Origin: Eledone cirrhosa
Taxonomy: Eukaryota
Assembly: GCA_964016885.1 (NCBI GenBank)
Contig: OZ024740.1
Coordinates: 314,526,001-314,590,000, forward strand
DNA: 64,000 nucleotides
Direction of reading: 5' to 3'
Part shown: positions 25,442-38,636 of the stretch, in pieces
Layout of the letters: each line of letters starts with the position of its first letter
How positions within the stretch are numbered: the first letter of the stretch is position 1
Program-made: the position numbers and the translations under genes
Notes under the pieces: generated by a model
What the model saw: the letters and a program-made list of their open reading frames with translations, nothing else
Database searches by the model: none
What the model was told of the DNA's origin: nothing

Positions 25442-25979
25442 GGGGATTCCTTTCTTTGTTTCTGTGCCTCTCCTTTGTTCTGTCCTACGCCATTTTGTTT
25501 CTGTGTGTGTGTTGTGTGCTCAGTCTGCACATGCGCCACATCCGGGTGTCTGTGTGTGTTTATGTTCATTTATTTATTTGTTTATTTACATGTTACTGGT
25601 TGGTTGTTTGTTCTATGTGTGTGTGTGTTTTCATTTTGTCCTTAATTGTAAGTTGTGATGTTGCTGTTCCACTCATATTTTCTATTTAATTTTGGTTGTA
25701 ATAGAAAATATTAAATAGAAAATAGTAAATAGAAAATAGAAAATATGAGTGGAACAGCAATATCACAACTTACAATTAAGGACAAAATGAAAACACACAC
25801 ACACATAGAACAAACAACCAACCAGTAACATGTAAATAAACAAATAAATAAATGAACATAAACACACACAGACACCCGGATGTGGCGCATGCGCAGACTG
25901 AGCACACAACACACACACAGAAACAAAATGGCGTAGGACAGAACAAAGGAGAGGCACAGAAACAAAGAAAGGAATCCCC

Positions 25980-26024
25980 AGTCACTGAAGAGGTCACAGA
26001 GTGTGTGACGAAAGAACTATGACT
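25980..26024 (+). ncRNA. Minimal type I hammerhead ribozyme motif
   Basis: agtca-CTGAAGA-g-gtcac(agagtgt)gtgac-GAAA-g aa c-TA-tgact. Confidence 0.65.
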
Positions 26025-26249
26025 ATATATAAACAACTATCTGGTTGTGGAACCAACCAACCAACCAGAAATTTATAAATTTATAAATATATAATAAATT
26101 GAAGTGAAAGCAACTGGTGCGTGTGTTTCTTATTGGCAACATGACCCTCCCAAAGTATAACAATATCGGTTTCAACACACGATTTCAGATAAAGAATCTT
26201 GCTAAACAAATTCAGAAACGAAATATATATATATACATATATATATATA

Positions 26250-26582
26250 GACTTGTAACTCCTAGGAGAAACATAGGGGCGCCATATGTCAATACAGCAT
26301 TTCTAGGGAATTTTAAAAGCTGGCAGAGCCCATCTCCTCTCAAGGTCTGAATACAGCAGATTTGTTCCAGAGAGAGATAGAGAGTGAAAGAATAGAAGTG
26401 AGAAAGAGATATAGAGGAAGAATCTATCCCAGCACTAGACTGATACTTTTTTTTATCAACCTCAAAAAGACGAAAGGCAAAATTGACGTTGGCAGTGGGA
26501 TTTGAACTCAGAGAGCAGAGAGTTGGAACAAATACCGCAAAGCATTCTATTTAACATTCTAACAACTCTGCCAATTTACCAC
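26250..26582 (-). mobile_element. tRNA-SINE variant with a different tail
   Basis: Shares head/central domain with the ATT-tailed SINE but ends in ctgtattcagacc...gatgggctctgcc; other copies ~13520-13750, 33720-34060, 61750-62060. Confidence 0.7.
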
Positions 26583-26595
26583 CTATATATATATA

Positions 26596-26689
26596 TAGGG
26601 TGTATCAAAATATCATCCAATTTCAAAAGGCTATATTTCTGTAAAAAAATAGACTTTTGAAATCGGATGATTCTTTTTGATACACCCTA
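26596..26689. mobile_element. Small Tc1/mariner-type MITE in (TA)n
   Basis: tagggtgtatcaaaa...ttttgatacacccta. Confidence 0.75.
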
Positions 26690-29600
26690 TATATATATCA
26701 TTATCACCATTTAATGTCCATTTTTCCAAGCTAGCATGGGTTAGACAAGTTGTCCTGTTGTGAGAAATACCAAGGCAGATGGCCATGACTTGCTCATACA
26801 GAGTTGATTTTGGCTTGGTTTCTACAGCTGGATGCCCTTCTTAACACCAACCACATTTACAGTGTGTACTGGGTGCTTTTTGTTGTGACACCTACATGAC
26901 CACTTTACTGTGTAGGCTGGCTGTTTTTTATTGTGTCGCCATCACGAGCCCTTTACAGTGTGGAGTGGGAGAGGTGTGTGGGGTTGGGAGGTAGTATTTG
27001 GGCGTATGTGAGGGGTGAAGAGGGAGGTATATGGAAGGGGTGAGGTGGGGTGGAGCATATTAGATGCATGCTTGTGCTCATGGGAGGTGTATGGAAGAGT
27101 GGTTGGAGGTGTAGGTGGTGTATACTATATTTATGCTTCAGCTTGTGCTCATGGGCAGGCAGGTCTTATATATATTTAACTTGTTTTTTCCTTCCTTATT
27201 ACAATGCCATTCATCTCACTATGAACCAGATAGAAATCTGTTCTAGAAATCCAGTTCTAAGTAACCAGTCTCAGTTACACCAACAGCCCTGATATTATAC
27301 ATTTTACAATATTACTTTTCATTAATGCTGACATTGTCTAAATTTCAACCCTGATATTGTGCCATAAATATATATGTAACAGAAACCATTTTATATTGAT
27401 GACAGCAGGGTATGGTGTAAGGAATTCAGTAAGTACATACTGAAGTCCTATAATGTAGACCCAAGCCCTAATTGCATCTAATTTAAGTTGATACACAAAC
27501 TCTTTAACATTGAGTTAATAGACATATTAAATTGTCTTGATGACGTGGCCATTGAGTTAAGTTATATGATATAGTCTGTAAAATACAACACTATAATAAT
27601 ATTAATGACACAAATTATAATATAAGAATAGTATCACACTTGGGAAACAAAAATGTCAGAGTCCATAGTTCACATCTATTCTGAAATCTCTCACATTACG
27701 ATCTGAAATTTAAAATATATGTCTTATAAGTCTAACCACTTTTTTGTTTGAAAAATTACCCAAATATAATTTGACATTTCTCATTTATTTCAAAAGTAAG
27801 AGGTGAGAAAGGAAAATTGTTGAGTAACTTTATTATTTATTTTTGACTTTTATTGAATGGATATATAGATGGTGTCAGTGTACCATGATTTCATAATAAT
27901 CCACTGCTGACAGCCTGGATCACATGCTTGTAACAGAATAACTTCTGATAAAGGCACTCATGGGCCAGAAGGTTGTTTACCCTTTAGTTACCAATCTGGC
28001 CAAAACTGGTTCTGATTCAATGAAATAAAACCATCCATTTTCCAATTTAAATTAAAATCTTCCAATATAATTTTGTATAAGAATCTTACATTAGGTTACT
28101 ATCTTAGTAATGAAATAATTAATAATTTTAGTAAATCCCTCAAAATTCTTTATAAGTTAATTAAAATAGAGTGTATTTCATTAGAAATACAGTCATGAAA
28201 GAGTTAAAATCAGTTGGCATGATGTGCCATCTTTTAATCTTACTTCTGATTTTTATATTGTTGTTTTTGTTTCTCTCTCTTCTCACTCTGCCTCCCCTCA
28301 CTCTCACTTGCTGTTTCTACCTCCTCTTCTACTCTATGAATCCCTTTACAAAGTTCTCTTATTTAATCTTTGGCTTTCAAAGTACCAGCATGAGTGTCTG
28401 GAAGCAAACAAAAATTCGAGAAATTTGTTAAAACTTAACATAATGGAAACTCATTAGGTAATGGAGTTGTGAAACAAAAACTATACTCTAAACAACGCTT
28501 AAAACATTTAAATATCAAAATATTAAAACTTCATAGATAGTTAAATGAAATCAAAATATTAAAACTGCATAAACATTTTAATTAAATCTGCCAGCCAAAC
28601 AACTCTTCTCCGATTACTCTTTAAATACCTACCCACAGATTCTCTTGAGAATGGATTTTAAATCTGAAAATATTTGAGATCAATAAAATTCTACCGTTCT
28701 CACTTATTTCTCAGTCCTTTATTCTCTATGATTCATATTACCTTGGCTCTTTTAATCTTGCATGCATTGTCAGGCTTCCAAATATCTAAACTTATTTAAA
28801 TTTGTATTTTTTATTCCACAGTGCTTGAAGCAAACTACAACACTTTGTAAATATATTTTATACTCATGAGAATTTCAAAACCACACCATCTAAATAATAT
28901 GTTGATTAGCTGCCTCGGCTTATAAACAGGGTTTGGATTTTTGCCCATTTCTCAGATATTTCTCAGCTTATATTCGAGTATATAAAGTATATAGCCCTTA
29001 ACTAGTACGTTAATGATCTGTAACTTCTACAAATACTAGATGAGAGTGACGTCTTCTTCTTTTTGTCATACACACACACTCTATTTAAACAAATGATGTT
29101 CCTTTTTTCTCTATTTATGTACATTTCTTTTGCTTGGTGCTCTCTCTCTATATATAGATGAGGGCGACGTCATAATTTTCTATCTATCTACTTCTTTCTG
29201 TTACCTTGAAAACACACAGCGTTCCTCTCTCTCTCTCTCTCTCTCTCTGTACATATCTCTCGCTTGATGCTCCCCCTCTCTATATAAAGTGAGCGTGATA
29301 GATAGAGAGACGGACGGATGGACAGACAGACAGAGCTCTTATTATAAATATTTGAAATTTCAGTTTCTGTTTTGTTTGCTTCTCATCCATTCTATGTCTA
29401 TATATTTAATGCCTGCTGCAGTAACCAGTTGCCATTCTCATCTATTACAACCTCCTCTATGGTATTTATTCACTCTTCTATCAATATCCATTACTCTAGC
29501 TACAACTTTCACAAAGCATAAACTAGATTTGTTAATGCTTCTAGTTTTTCTAGTGTTTATGAATTACTGTATGGTATTCAAGGAGTATATTGTTCAATTT

Positions 29601-29816
29601 AGGTTCTTCCCTTGATTGAATTTCATCAAGTTGTTGCTGATGTCATCCAGGATTAATAAAACACAAGGCATATCCTGGGTTTCTGATTCTGTCAATTATG
29701 TTTTCCTTTACAGTATAAGAAATAAATCATTGTAATTGTTCTTTTATGGTGCTGTTTCCTGCTCAACTAAGCTCACTCAATTTCATGTACCTCAATTAAC
29801 AGCATTTCCTTTTATT

Positions 29817-30125
29817 TTTATGTATATATTTTATGAAGAAAGTCCTATGTAAAATGTATATTATATGTAATAATACAGTACTGTTGTTTATGTATATATT
29901 TTATGAAGAAAGTCCTATGTAAAAATGTATATTATATGTAGTAATACAGTACTCTTGTTTATGTATATATTTTATGAAGAAAGTCCTATGTATGTTGATG
30001 TAGTAATACTATTTGTTTTTATGTATATATTTTATGAAGAAAGTTCTGAGTAAAATGTATGTTATATATAGTAATTCTATTGTTTATGTATATATTTTAT
30101 GAAGAAGGGCCTATGTAAAATGTGT
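29817..30125. repeat. Minisatellite, ~60-71-bp unit, about 5 copies
   Basis: Repeated tttatgtatatattttatgaagaaagtcctatgta core. Confidence 0.85.
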
Positions 30126-30677
30126 GTTGCATATATTAATGCATTTGTGTTGTGTCTGAATGAATTATGTCCGAGATACTACATTATATATTTTAATATT
30201 TATTTTGACTACTCCTTATGATAGTCCCTACATTCATCCAGTATACGTATGCTACATCCATTATTAAATCCATATATTTTCTAGTTTCTCACAACAATGT
30301 TTTGGTATAAAATGATTGATTTGTCGATAAAAATACATTTTTGTTGTTTTTTTTTCATCTCAATCTTTCAAATATTTGAGTGGTTTGTATTGATTTCTGT
30401 CAGTTTGCTTGGGTATATCCCAAAGTACTACAATTGTGTTGGTGTTTAGCCCTAGGTCAGCTCTAATCAAACAACCCTATGATCAAAGGCACCCCAGTCA
30501 TGACCATCCCATTTGTTTCAAATGTAATGTGTGTCTAGGTCTACATTATTCAATGTTGTCATTATTTTAAAACAATAGAGTGTGATTGTAGAGAGATTTA
30601 GCTACTATTTACTGCAGGTCTAACATTTGTTTTCAGTGTTGGATTTTGATACAAAATTATACTATTTCTTGTTTGAC

Positions 30678-30900
30678 TTAACCCTTTAGCATTTACATTA
30701 ATCTACATTTACTTTGTATTTTCACCATAAACACTTTACCTCACATAATTATCTCACATAATATCGATGAGAATTTGATATTATTTATTTTGAGAACAAT
30801 ACCATAAAATAAGTATGAGCGTCCAGTTATGGCTGGTTTGAACAGAAAGAGGTGAGAGAATTCTGGTTGGATATGGCCGGTTTAAATACTAATGGGTTAA
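30678..30900. mobile_element. piggyBac-like MITE
   Basis: TTAA flanks, family TIRs. Confidence 0.85.
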
Positions 30901-32267
30901 TTTAGAAGTGTTTGCATATTCCTCAATTAATTTAAACTATCTTTTTGGTTGTGTCTGAGTGCATATTCTGTAAAAGTGTAGCTTTGTGGTTAGGGTATTC
31001 GGCTCAAGATTGTAAGGTCATGATTTTGATTCCCAGGGGCGTGCTGTGTACTTGAACAAGACACTTTATTTCACATTGTTTCAGTCCACTTAGCTGGCAA
31101 ATATGAGTTGTACCTGTAATTCGAAGGGCCACCATTGTCACATTCTGTGTCATGCTGAATCTCCCTGAGAACTACATTATGGGTATGCGTGTTTGTGGAA
31201 TGCTCAGCCACTTTCAAGTTAATTTCCCAAGCAGGCTGTTCCATTGATTGGATCAATTGGAAGACTCATCATCATAATCAACAGAGTGCTGCTGTGTGTG
31301 CATATTCTGACTTTGTCTCAGACTATCCACGTTTGGTTAAGAGACCAGTTGTTTCATTTCAGTTGTATGTACCTTTGCTGTTTCCCGTTTGGCTGGTTTA
31401 TATTTATTAAGTATGTTCACTTTGCTTCTGAGTTCAAATCTCACCTCAGTTTATTTTTACATGTCATCTATTGATATACCATACATACTCAAATATAATC
31501 TGAGGAATATGTAACTAAAAAATCAATGGTAAAATGCTGGTGGGGATTGGCTCAGGGTCGATTAGTTGCCTTGTCTTATATATGGGGTTTGGATTTTTGC
31601 CCATTTCTCAGGCATAGAGTTGGAGTGGGGGTTAGCTTATATTTGAGTATATACAGTAAGTATTGGTAATGTAATAGGGTTGTTTCAATCTGCCATACCC
31701 CTTCTTATAAATTTATATATTGTGAATGGAAGACTTGGTTGGGCACTTGACAAAATTCCCAGTGATATTTAGTAATACTGCTTTACATTATAAGTAATAG
31801 TAAGAAAGCTGCTGACCTTTTATATTTCTTTGGTCGATAAAATAATTAAGTGTGACCTGATTAAATTGACCTGATCCCTTTCTTCCCAGATTTGTGGATT
31901 TGTTCCTATGTAAAAAAAAGTCTAGCAATTATAGAGGCCTTCAAATTGATAAATGAAATCTCAAAAGTAACTAAGAGTTTTAAAATAGTTCAGGATAGGG
32001 TTAGCTGGTTAACATGATATTTGTGTGAGGACATGTAACCACATGACATATTTAAAATGTGGTATGAGGTGGTTTAGGATAGGATTAGCTGGTTATCATG
32101 ATATTTGTGTGAGGACATGTAACCACATGGCATATTTATAACATGACAACAGCAAGAGACTTAATCAAAAACAACTACACTACTTTATATTTGTTTGAAA
32201 AGGTTTTTGACAAGGTGTCATACACTGTAGACTGATGTGGGTATTGAGAAGTGTAAGCCAAGTATTT

Positions 32268-32272
<5 letters not shown>

Positions 32273-32360
<88 letters not shown>
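32273..32360. repeat. (CA)n microsatellite
   Basis: About 44 uninterrupted CA units. Confidence 0.95.
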
Positions 32361-32365
<5 letters not shown>

Positions 32366-32727
32366 TACATAAACACATATACATGTACACACTAATATAT
32401 GTATGTACGTCTGTATTCATGTATCTATGTCTGGGTGTATGTATGTCTATGTATGTGTATGTATGGTGAGTTAATGACAAAATCAGTTGAGCAGAGGACC
32501 AAATAATTTGTGATATTTGGTTGTCATATTACATCCTGGGTTAAAATTTAGCTCGAGACCAATTGACAACCCTAGTTCAAGATGTTTATAGTGTCTTCAA
32601 TTTGTCTTTCATCCTTCTACATTCATAAAATAAGAATCAGTTGATAAAACATGTACCAGAGTCAATGTAGTCAATTATACTTTAGAAGGCAATGTCCAAT
32701 AACTAAAACCAATAAAAGAATAATATA

Positions 32728-32930
32728 ATGATTTTTGATTTAGACACAAGGCCAGCAATTTTGGGAGAGGAAAGTTGATTAAATCGATCCCAGTGCTTTA
32801 TTTTATCAACCCCATAAGGATGAATGAAAAGCAAAGTTAACCTCAGCGGGATTTGAACTTAGAACGTAAAGGGCCGTAACTCTGTGTCACAAAGCATGTT
32901 GTCCGACACTCTACCGATTCTGCCATCCAA
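32728..32930 (-). mobile_element. ATT-tailed tRNA-SINE with TSD
   Basis: Flanked by direct repeat aaagaataatataat. Confidence 0.8.
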
Positions 32931-33447
32931 AGAATAATATAATACATAGACAAGTTATTTGGCTGGTTCATTGATTCAATGTTAGGTTTTCTTGGCATTC
33001 GTTTTAAGATGATAATTTGTCGATTGTAGCAGAATGAAAAGGCAAGAAAATCTAAAAGTCATTCGTAGTTCCGATCCCTCTTCAAGATCATTTGAATTGC
33101 TAGTGTTGGAACTAATGTTTTCAGTTATATATAAAGTTTGCAATCAAAAACATTTTCATCTTTTTCTTATTTTTGCTTCTTTTCTTTCCTTTATTTCTTT
33201 CTCTGTCCCCTGCTTGTTTTATAGTCAGAAATTGTTTGTTTATTCTGTTTGTGCCGTCCAATATTTGATTTACAAAACTTTTCTACATTATGTCGTAATT
33301 TTTCTAAGATGTGTCTTCAATTACTTTGCCATCGCTTATGATAACTGTGTAAAATGTTTTCATAAATAAATACTTTTTATGAAAATTTGTTAATTTTTTT
33401 TGTTTCTTACATAAATTTTTTTTTTATTTTTTTATTAATATTTCTAG

Positions 33448-33676
33448 GCTTGTACATACTGATGCCATGAATAATAACAACAATGTCAATGTATCCAGTT
33501 ATCAGCAAGAAAATGAAAGAATTCTCAGAGAGAAATTGGAAAATTTGTGTAAAGAGAAATTACTTTCACATTTTGATGTTTCACCAGAAGAAACTAATGA
33601 TATGGATCAGACAGACTGGAAGAATCCTTCATTTTGTAAATTGAACATGGGTTTGATACGTTTGCGTTCAGAAATG
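33448..33676 (+). CDS. FAM89: FAM89-like exon 2
   Basis: tctag|g CTT GTA CAT...GAA ATG|gtaagt; LVHTDAMNNN...KLNMGLIRLRSEM. Confidence 0.88.
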
Positions 33677-34209
33677 GTAAGTTAACATTTTTATCAGATT
33701 GATGATATACTAAGTATAGGCAGTGAATTGGCAGAGTCATTAGAACATCGGATAAAATGCTTTATGGCATTCGTTTTGGCTCTCTGCTCTCTGAGTTCTA
33801 ATCTCGCCGAGGTCAACTTTGCCTTTCATCCATTCAACGTCGATAAAAAAAGTACTACTCAAGTACTGGGGTTGATTCTTCCTATATATCTCTTTCTCAC
33901 ATCCATTCTCTCATTCTCTATCCTTCTTTTGGAGAAATTTGCTGTATTCAGACCTGGAGAGGAGATGGGCTCTGCCAAGTTTTAAAAATGCCTGAGAAAT
34001 ACTGTATGTCGATACAGTTTGCCTACCACTCCCTCAAGAGTTACGGGAACATGCATGCAATAAACTAAGTACAATATGGTATTTTTCTTATTGGGGATTG
34101 AACTATAGTTCTATTGAAATATTTATTTAGGAAAATGGGCTAGCAAGATATAAAAATCGTAGATTTTCACTAAATAATTAATAGTATTTAATTTTGTCTT
34201 TTTTGGCTT

Positions 34210-35170
34210 TCTTCTTTTTGCATGATTCTTCGAATTAGGTCACTTGGTACCTCTTTACCCAACTTTCCTTCATGTACACCATGTTGGTTTTATCTCTTGC
34301 ATTTTAATTTTGATTCCTCTTATACCTAGTATTTTCTCTCAACTCATTTTGGGACTGTAGTTCATGTGTGTTAACATTACATATCAAATGGAAACTGCTT
34401 GCTTCATTTCTATCCAGCCTTTGCACATCCCTCCCCCCATTTAGTGCCCATATTTCACCACCATTTCATGTATAAGTATCATAAAAAGAATTCCTTTTTT
34501 TGCCAGAAGAGGTAAAGCTCTTTGAACTTTGTCTACTCTGTTCTTACTCTGGCTATTATGCTCTCAAAACTTCCACCTCCACTGCTAATTAGGTCCCCTA
34601 GGTAACAAAAGCTATCCTCCATGTTTAGGAGACCTACCAAGTATTTGAAAGAATTTATTTCAAAGGTACTCTTGCTGCTAACTACTACATACAAAATCTT
34701 TCTTTTCTCTGTGCCTACTTCTGTTCCCATCACATTGGGTGCACCCACAATTTATGTTTAATACAGAGTTCCTACCTACTCCTACATATAGAACACGGTC
34801 ACTTTGCTGATGGCAGTAGAGTCCCAGCTTCTAAAGCTTTTGTTTTTTGTTAGATTTATTTTAAGGTTTATGGTGTTAGGCTTTGTTTCCACATCAGAAA
34901 TTCTTCTCAAATTTTTCAAATGTTTCAGCTATGAGAAACCAGGTCATCACATACAAAAGTTCCCATGGAAAGCCAGTCTTAAACTCCTATGTTATGACCT
35001 TGAGTACTATGATAAACAAGAATGGCTGAGAAATGTGTTCTGATGGGCACCTACTTGCACAATATATTTCTCACTGGACTCATTGTTAACTTTGTAAATG
35101 GCTTTCACAGCCCTCAGAATCCATTTATCTACATCTAATTTCCTTAGCAGCCACCTACAAAACATGGAAC
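34210..35170 (-). mobile_element. Decayed RTE LINE reverse-transcriptase fragment
   Basis: SFCYLGDLISSGGGSFESIIARVR motif on minus strand; stops and frameshifts. Confidence 0.65.
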
Positions 35171-37000
35171 TTTATCAAAGGCCTTCTGCAGATAAAAGAA
35201 TGCTAGGTGTAGTAGCTAAATTTATAGCTCTGATTTACACTTTTTTTATACATGACTTGTCAAATCTCAAATCAAAACTTCAAGTCCAGCCCCCTTTTTA
35301 CCCATAGAATTTAATAAAAGCTTTTGGTCATATGACAGCATGTTATAAAACAGGATTAAAATATTTCAGTTCCATGAAAAATTCACAAACTCTTCCTGAA
35401 TCCATGTTCATTGAAACTGGAGTCATATGCACAACTTAGTATTTCAAACTAGCAACTTCTCTTGTTATACTTTCTCTCTAAGACATGATGTCATTTTGTA
35501 TGTTCCTTAGATACAAGAGAATTATGCATACACAAAGTATTTATCATTTAACCTAGTATTCATTAATGCACACAAAAATCAAACACACTCTCTGCATTAT
35601 ATCCTGTTTTTACTGTAATTAATGTTTAAATTATTGTGTGCACCAACTTTTCTATTAATAATGTTAAGTTGACCTTATGTAATGAAAATGAAAGAGATGG
35701 TAATTTTGTATACAGTCATCCTTACTAGCTTATTCAATGGATTGTCTTTTAGCTTTCTGATTTCTTCACACTAGAATCATCTCCTTGCATATATTCACTA
35801 CACTTTCACTGCCAAACATTGGCAAATCTTTTATTTTCAACTCCTCCCATTGATGTTATCTGTTTGGTTGGAATCTTGCTCTACCCACACAATAGGGAGG
35901 ATAATTTCAATAAATTCAGAATTAATTTTTTGCAAAATTCATTTACATACTTAGGAGAAAATCTGATCTGTGGCCAGGGAGACAAGTGCAGACATGTTTT
36001 GATATTATTCGACTTCATCAGTAAAGCATATTCTACTAAACCTTGCTTAGATTAGTTGACGAAGGTTTTTACATATGGAAAAAAAAAAAAGTTATTGTCA
36101 GTAGTAGTTTACAAAAAAATAAAACGAGCTAAGGGAAATAGCTCAAGTGGGCCCAAGACATATACATGATAATTAGGGAGTGATATGCTGAATGACGTCT
36201 GCTAAAAGGTTTCAATGAATTAACATTTCCTTCTTACTTGGAAAAAGAAAATAAGAGATAAAAAAGCACCCAGTACTCACTGTAAATGAGGTTGGTGTTA
36301 GGAAGGGCATCCAGCTATAGAAATCAAGCCAAAATCAGTTCTGTATGAGCAAGACATGGTCGCCTGACCTGGCATTGCCCACACAGGACAACTCATCTAA
36401 CCCATGCTAGCATGGAAGAATGGACGTAAAACGGGGATGATGATGATGATGATGATCTAAATACATATCAATGGCCTACTTTTAGTTATGTCTCTTTATG
36501 TTTTTAAGTACAAATCTTGCTGGTATCAAACTTTACTTTTCATCACCATCATCATCATCATCATCATCAACACCACCATCATCAACACCACCATCATCAT
36601 CATTTGCTGCATCCATTTTTCCAAACTGGCATGGGTAGGATGGGCTGTTACAGACGAGGGTTCGTGTTTTATGTTCCTGCTTTAGTCTGGTTTCTACAAC
36701 TGGATGCAGTTCCTAGCGCCAACCACTACTCCAAAAAATCATTATTATGACAAGTATTTGTAAAAAATGTATTTGACCAAGTTTCATGAACCATCTGAAT
36801 TCTTTCACCTTGATTACTATTGCTTTTGGTAAAGTCTAAGTAAATCAATGTTATGTTTGCTATTGGTGTAGCTGACTTAATCTGTTATCACTCTATTGTT
36901 GATAATATAAGTACCATTTTATAGATGAAGTTGAGCCAATAAAAAAGATGCTGGAGTAAAATTTTGATTGAGAAATTATTTTTATTATTATTATTATTAT

Positions 37001-38636
37001 GGTGGATTGGCAGTATCGGTGGAGGGTCAGACACCATGCTTTCCAGCATAGTTACGTCCCTTTACCGTCTGAGTTGAAATCCTGCCGAGGTTAACTTCGC
37101 TTTTCATCCTTACAAGATTGATAAAATAAAGTACCAGTAATGCACTGGAATAATTGCTGGCCTTGTGCCAATAATAGAAACAATTATTATTATTATTATT
37201 ATGTCGCGTGTGGAACGAATCCGGCTATCGGCCGAGTCCATAGTGACGATCGATCCACCGCCTTCCTTAGGTCAGGAAGAGCAGGAAATTTTCCTCTGTC
37301 TGGTGGCAGTTGCGAAAGAGATTATATGGTGGACCAGGTTGAAAGGACTAAAGACAGACACTTTTCTCTTCGGCCAATCCCTCATCAACTTCTTCAAGTT
37401 TCACCTGGAAAGGAAGGTGAGGGTGGAGAGAGAAGTGCTGCCCACCAGTACATTTGCTAAAAGGTGGGTGAATGTGGCGAGAATGGCTCGTGTGAATGGG
37501 CCTACTCTGACCATGCGCCTATAGGCTAGCTAACTTGAGGAGAGGGGTGCTCTCCCTGGGTGCCCTAGAAGCGCAGGGTGGTTCAGGATTGGTGGGGTAC
37601 CTGAAGCACCCCAGGGTCGTACACCCCCTATCGATGAATTTATTTTGTTATATTTATGCATAGTTTATTTTATATTTTTATATTTTCATTGTTAAATTAG
37701 TCTTGCCATTGTGCACTTTTACTCCACCTTATTGTAAACCCCCACTGTCCCTGTCTTTGTATTGTCCCCTACATGTCGGCCCTGGTGGCTAATAAATGAA
37801 ATCATTATTATTAATACAAGGGTGGTGGATTGGCAGTATCGGTAGAGTGTCAGACACCATGTTTTGCAGCATAGAGTTACATCCTCAGTTCAAATTCCGC
37901 TGAGGTTAACTTTGCCTTTCATCCTTATGGGGTCGATAAAATAAAGTACCAGTAACATACTGGGGTCGATTTAATCGACTTTTTCCTTCCCCCAAATTAC
38001 TGGCCTTGTGCCTATACTAGAAATCATTATTATTATGAATTGACAGTATTGGTAGGAAAGGTCGGATATGCTTTCCAGCGTAGTTACGTCCCTTTACGAT
38101 CTCAGTTCAAATCCCGCCGAGGTTAACTTTGCCTTTCAACCTTACGAGGTCGATAAAATAAAGTACCAGTAATGTACTGGGTAATTGCTGGCCTTGTGCC
38201 AAAAGTAGAAACAATTATTATTATTCTGAATTCAAATCTCGCCAAAGTTAGCTTTGCCTTTCATCCTTATGGGGGTTGATGAAATAAAGTACCAGTAATG
38301 CACTGGGGTCAATTTAATCGACTTTCCCCTCCCAAAAAATTGCTGGCTTTGTGCCTAAATCAGAAAGCACCAATAATTGTTTCTACTTTAGGCACAGGGC
38401 CAGCAATTACCCAGTGCATTACTGGTACTTTATTTTATCGACCCCGTAAGGATGAAAGGCAAAGCCAACCTCGGCGGGATTTGAACTCAGATCGTAAAGG
38501 GACGTAACTATGCTGGAAAGCATGGCGTCCGACCTTCTACCGATACTGCCAATCCACCGCCCTTCAGAAAGCACCAATAATGCACTGGGATAATTACTGG
38601 CCTTGTGCCAAAAGTAGAAACAATTATTATTATTAT
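37001..38636. mobile_element. Chain of ATT-tailed SINEs (four on +, one on - at ~38373-38562) around a LINE fragment
   Basis: Repeated ggattggcagtatcgg heads and gtagaaacaattattatt tails. Confidence 0.85.
37201..37812 (+). mobile_element. 5'-truncated L1/Tx1-clade LINE (ORF2 C-terminus and 3' UTR)
   Basis: Open frame 37201-37524 with LVAVAKEIIWWTRL...FAKRW, typical of L1/Tx1 ORF2 ends; higher GC than flanks; ends aataaatgaaatcattattatt. Confidence 0.75.

Larger units (their letters stand above)
25271..26142. repeat. ~870-bp near-perfect palindrome (inverted Penelope-like pseudo-LTR pair)
   Basis: Arms 25271-25687 and 25734-26142; 2 substitutions and one 8-bp indel seen; 46-nt spacer; mirror-image ORFs in the ORF track. 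Confidence 0.93.

Noticed and set aside
25385-26036. Mirror-image hydrophobic/Cys-rich ORFs
   Set aside because: By-product of TG-rich palindrome arms
26965-27130. G-rich potential G-quadruplex tract (also ~41270-41430 and 43406-43440)
   Set aside because: Part of a repeated LINE 3' UTR; no locus-specific evidence
36517-36750. Poly-His ORF (also Met/Val-rich 3871-4071 and CV-repeat 32175-32392)
   Set aside because: Translations of CAT/CAC and CA microsatellites
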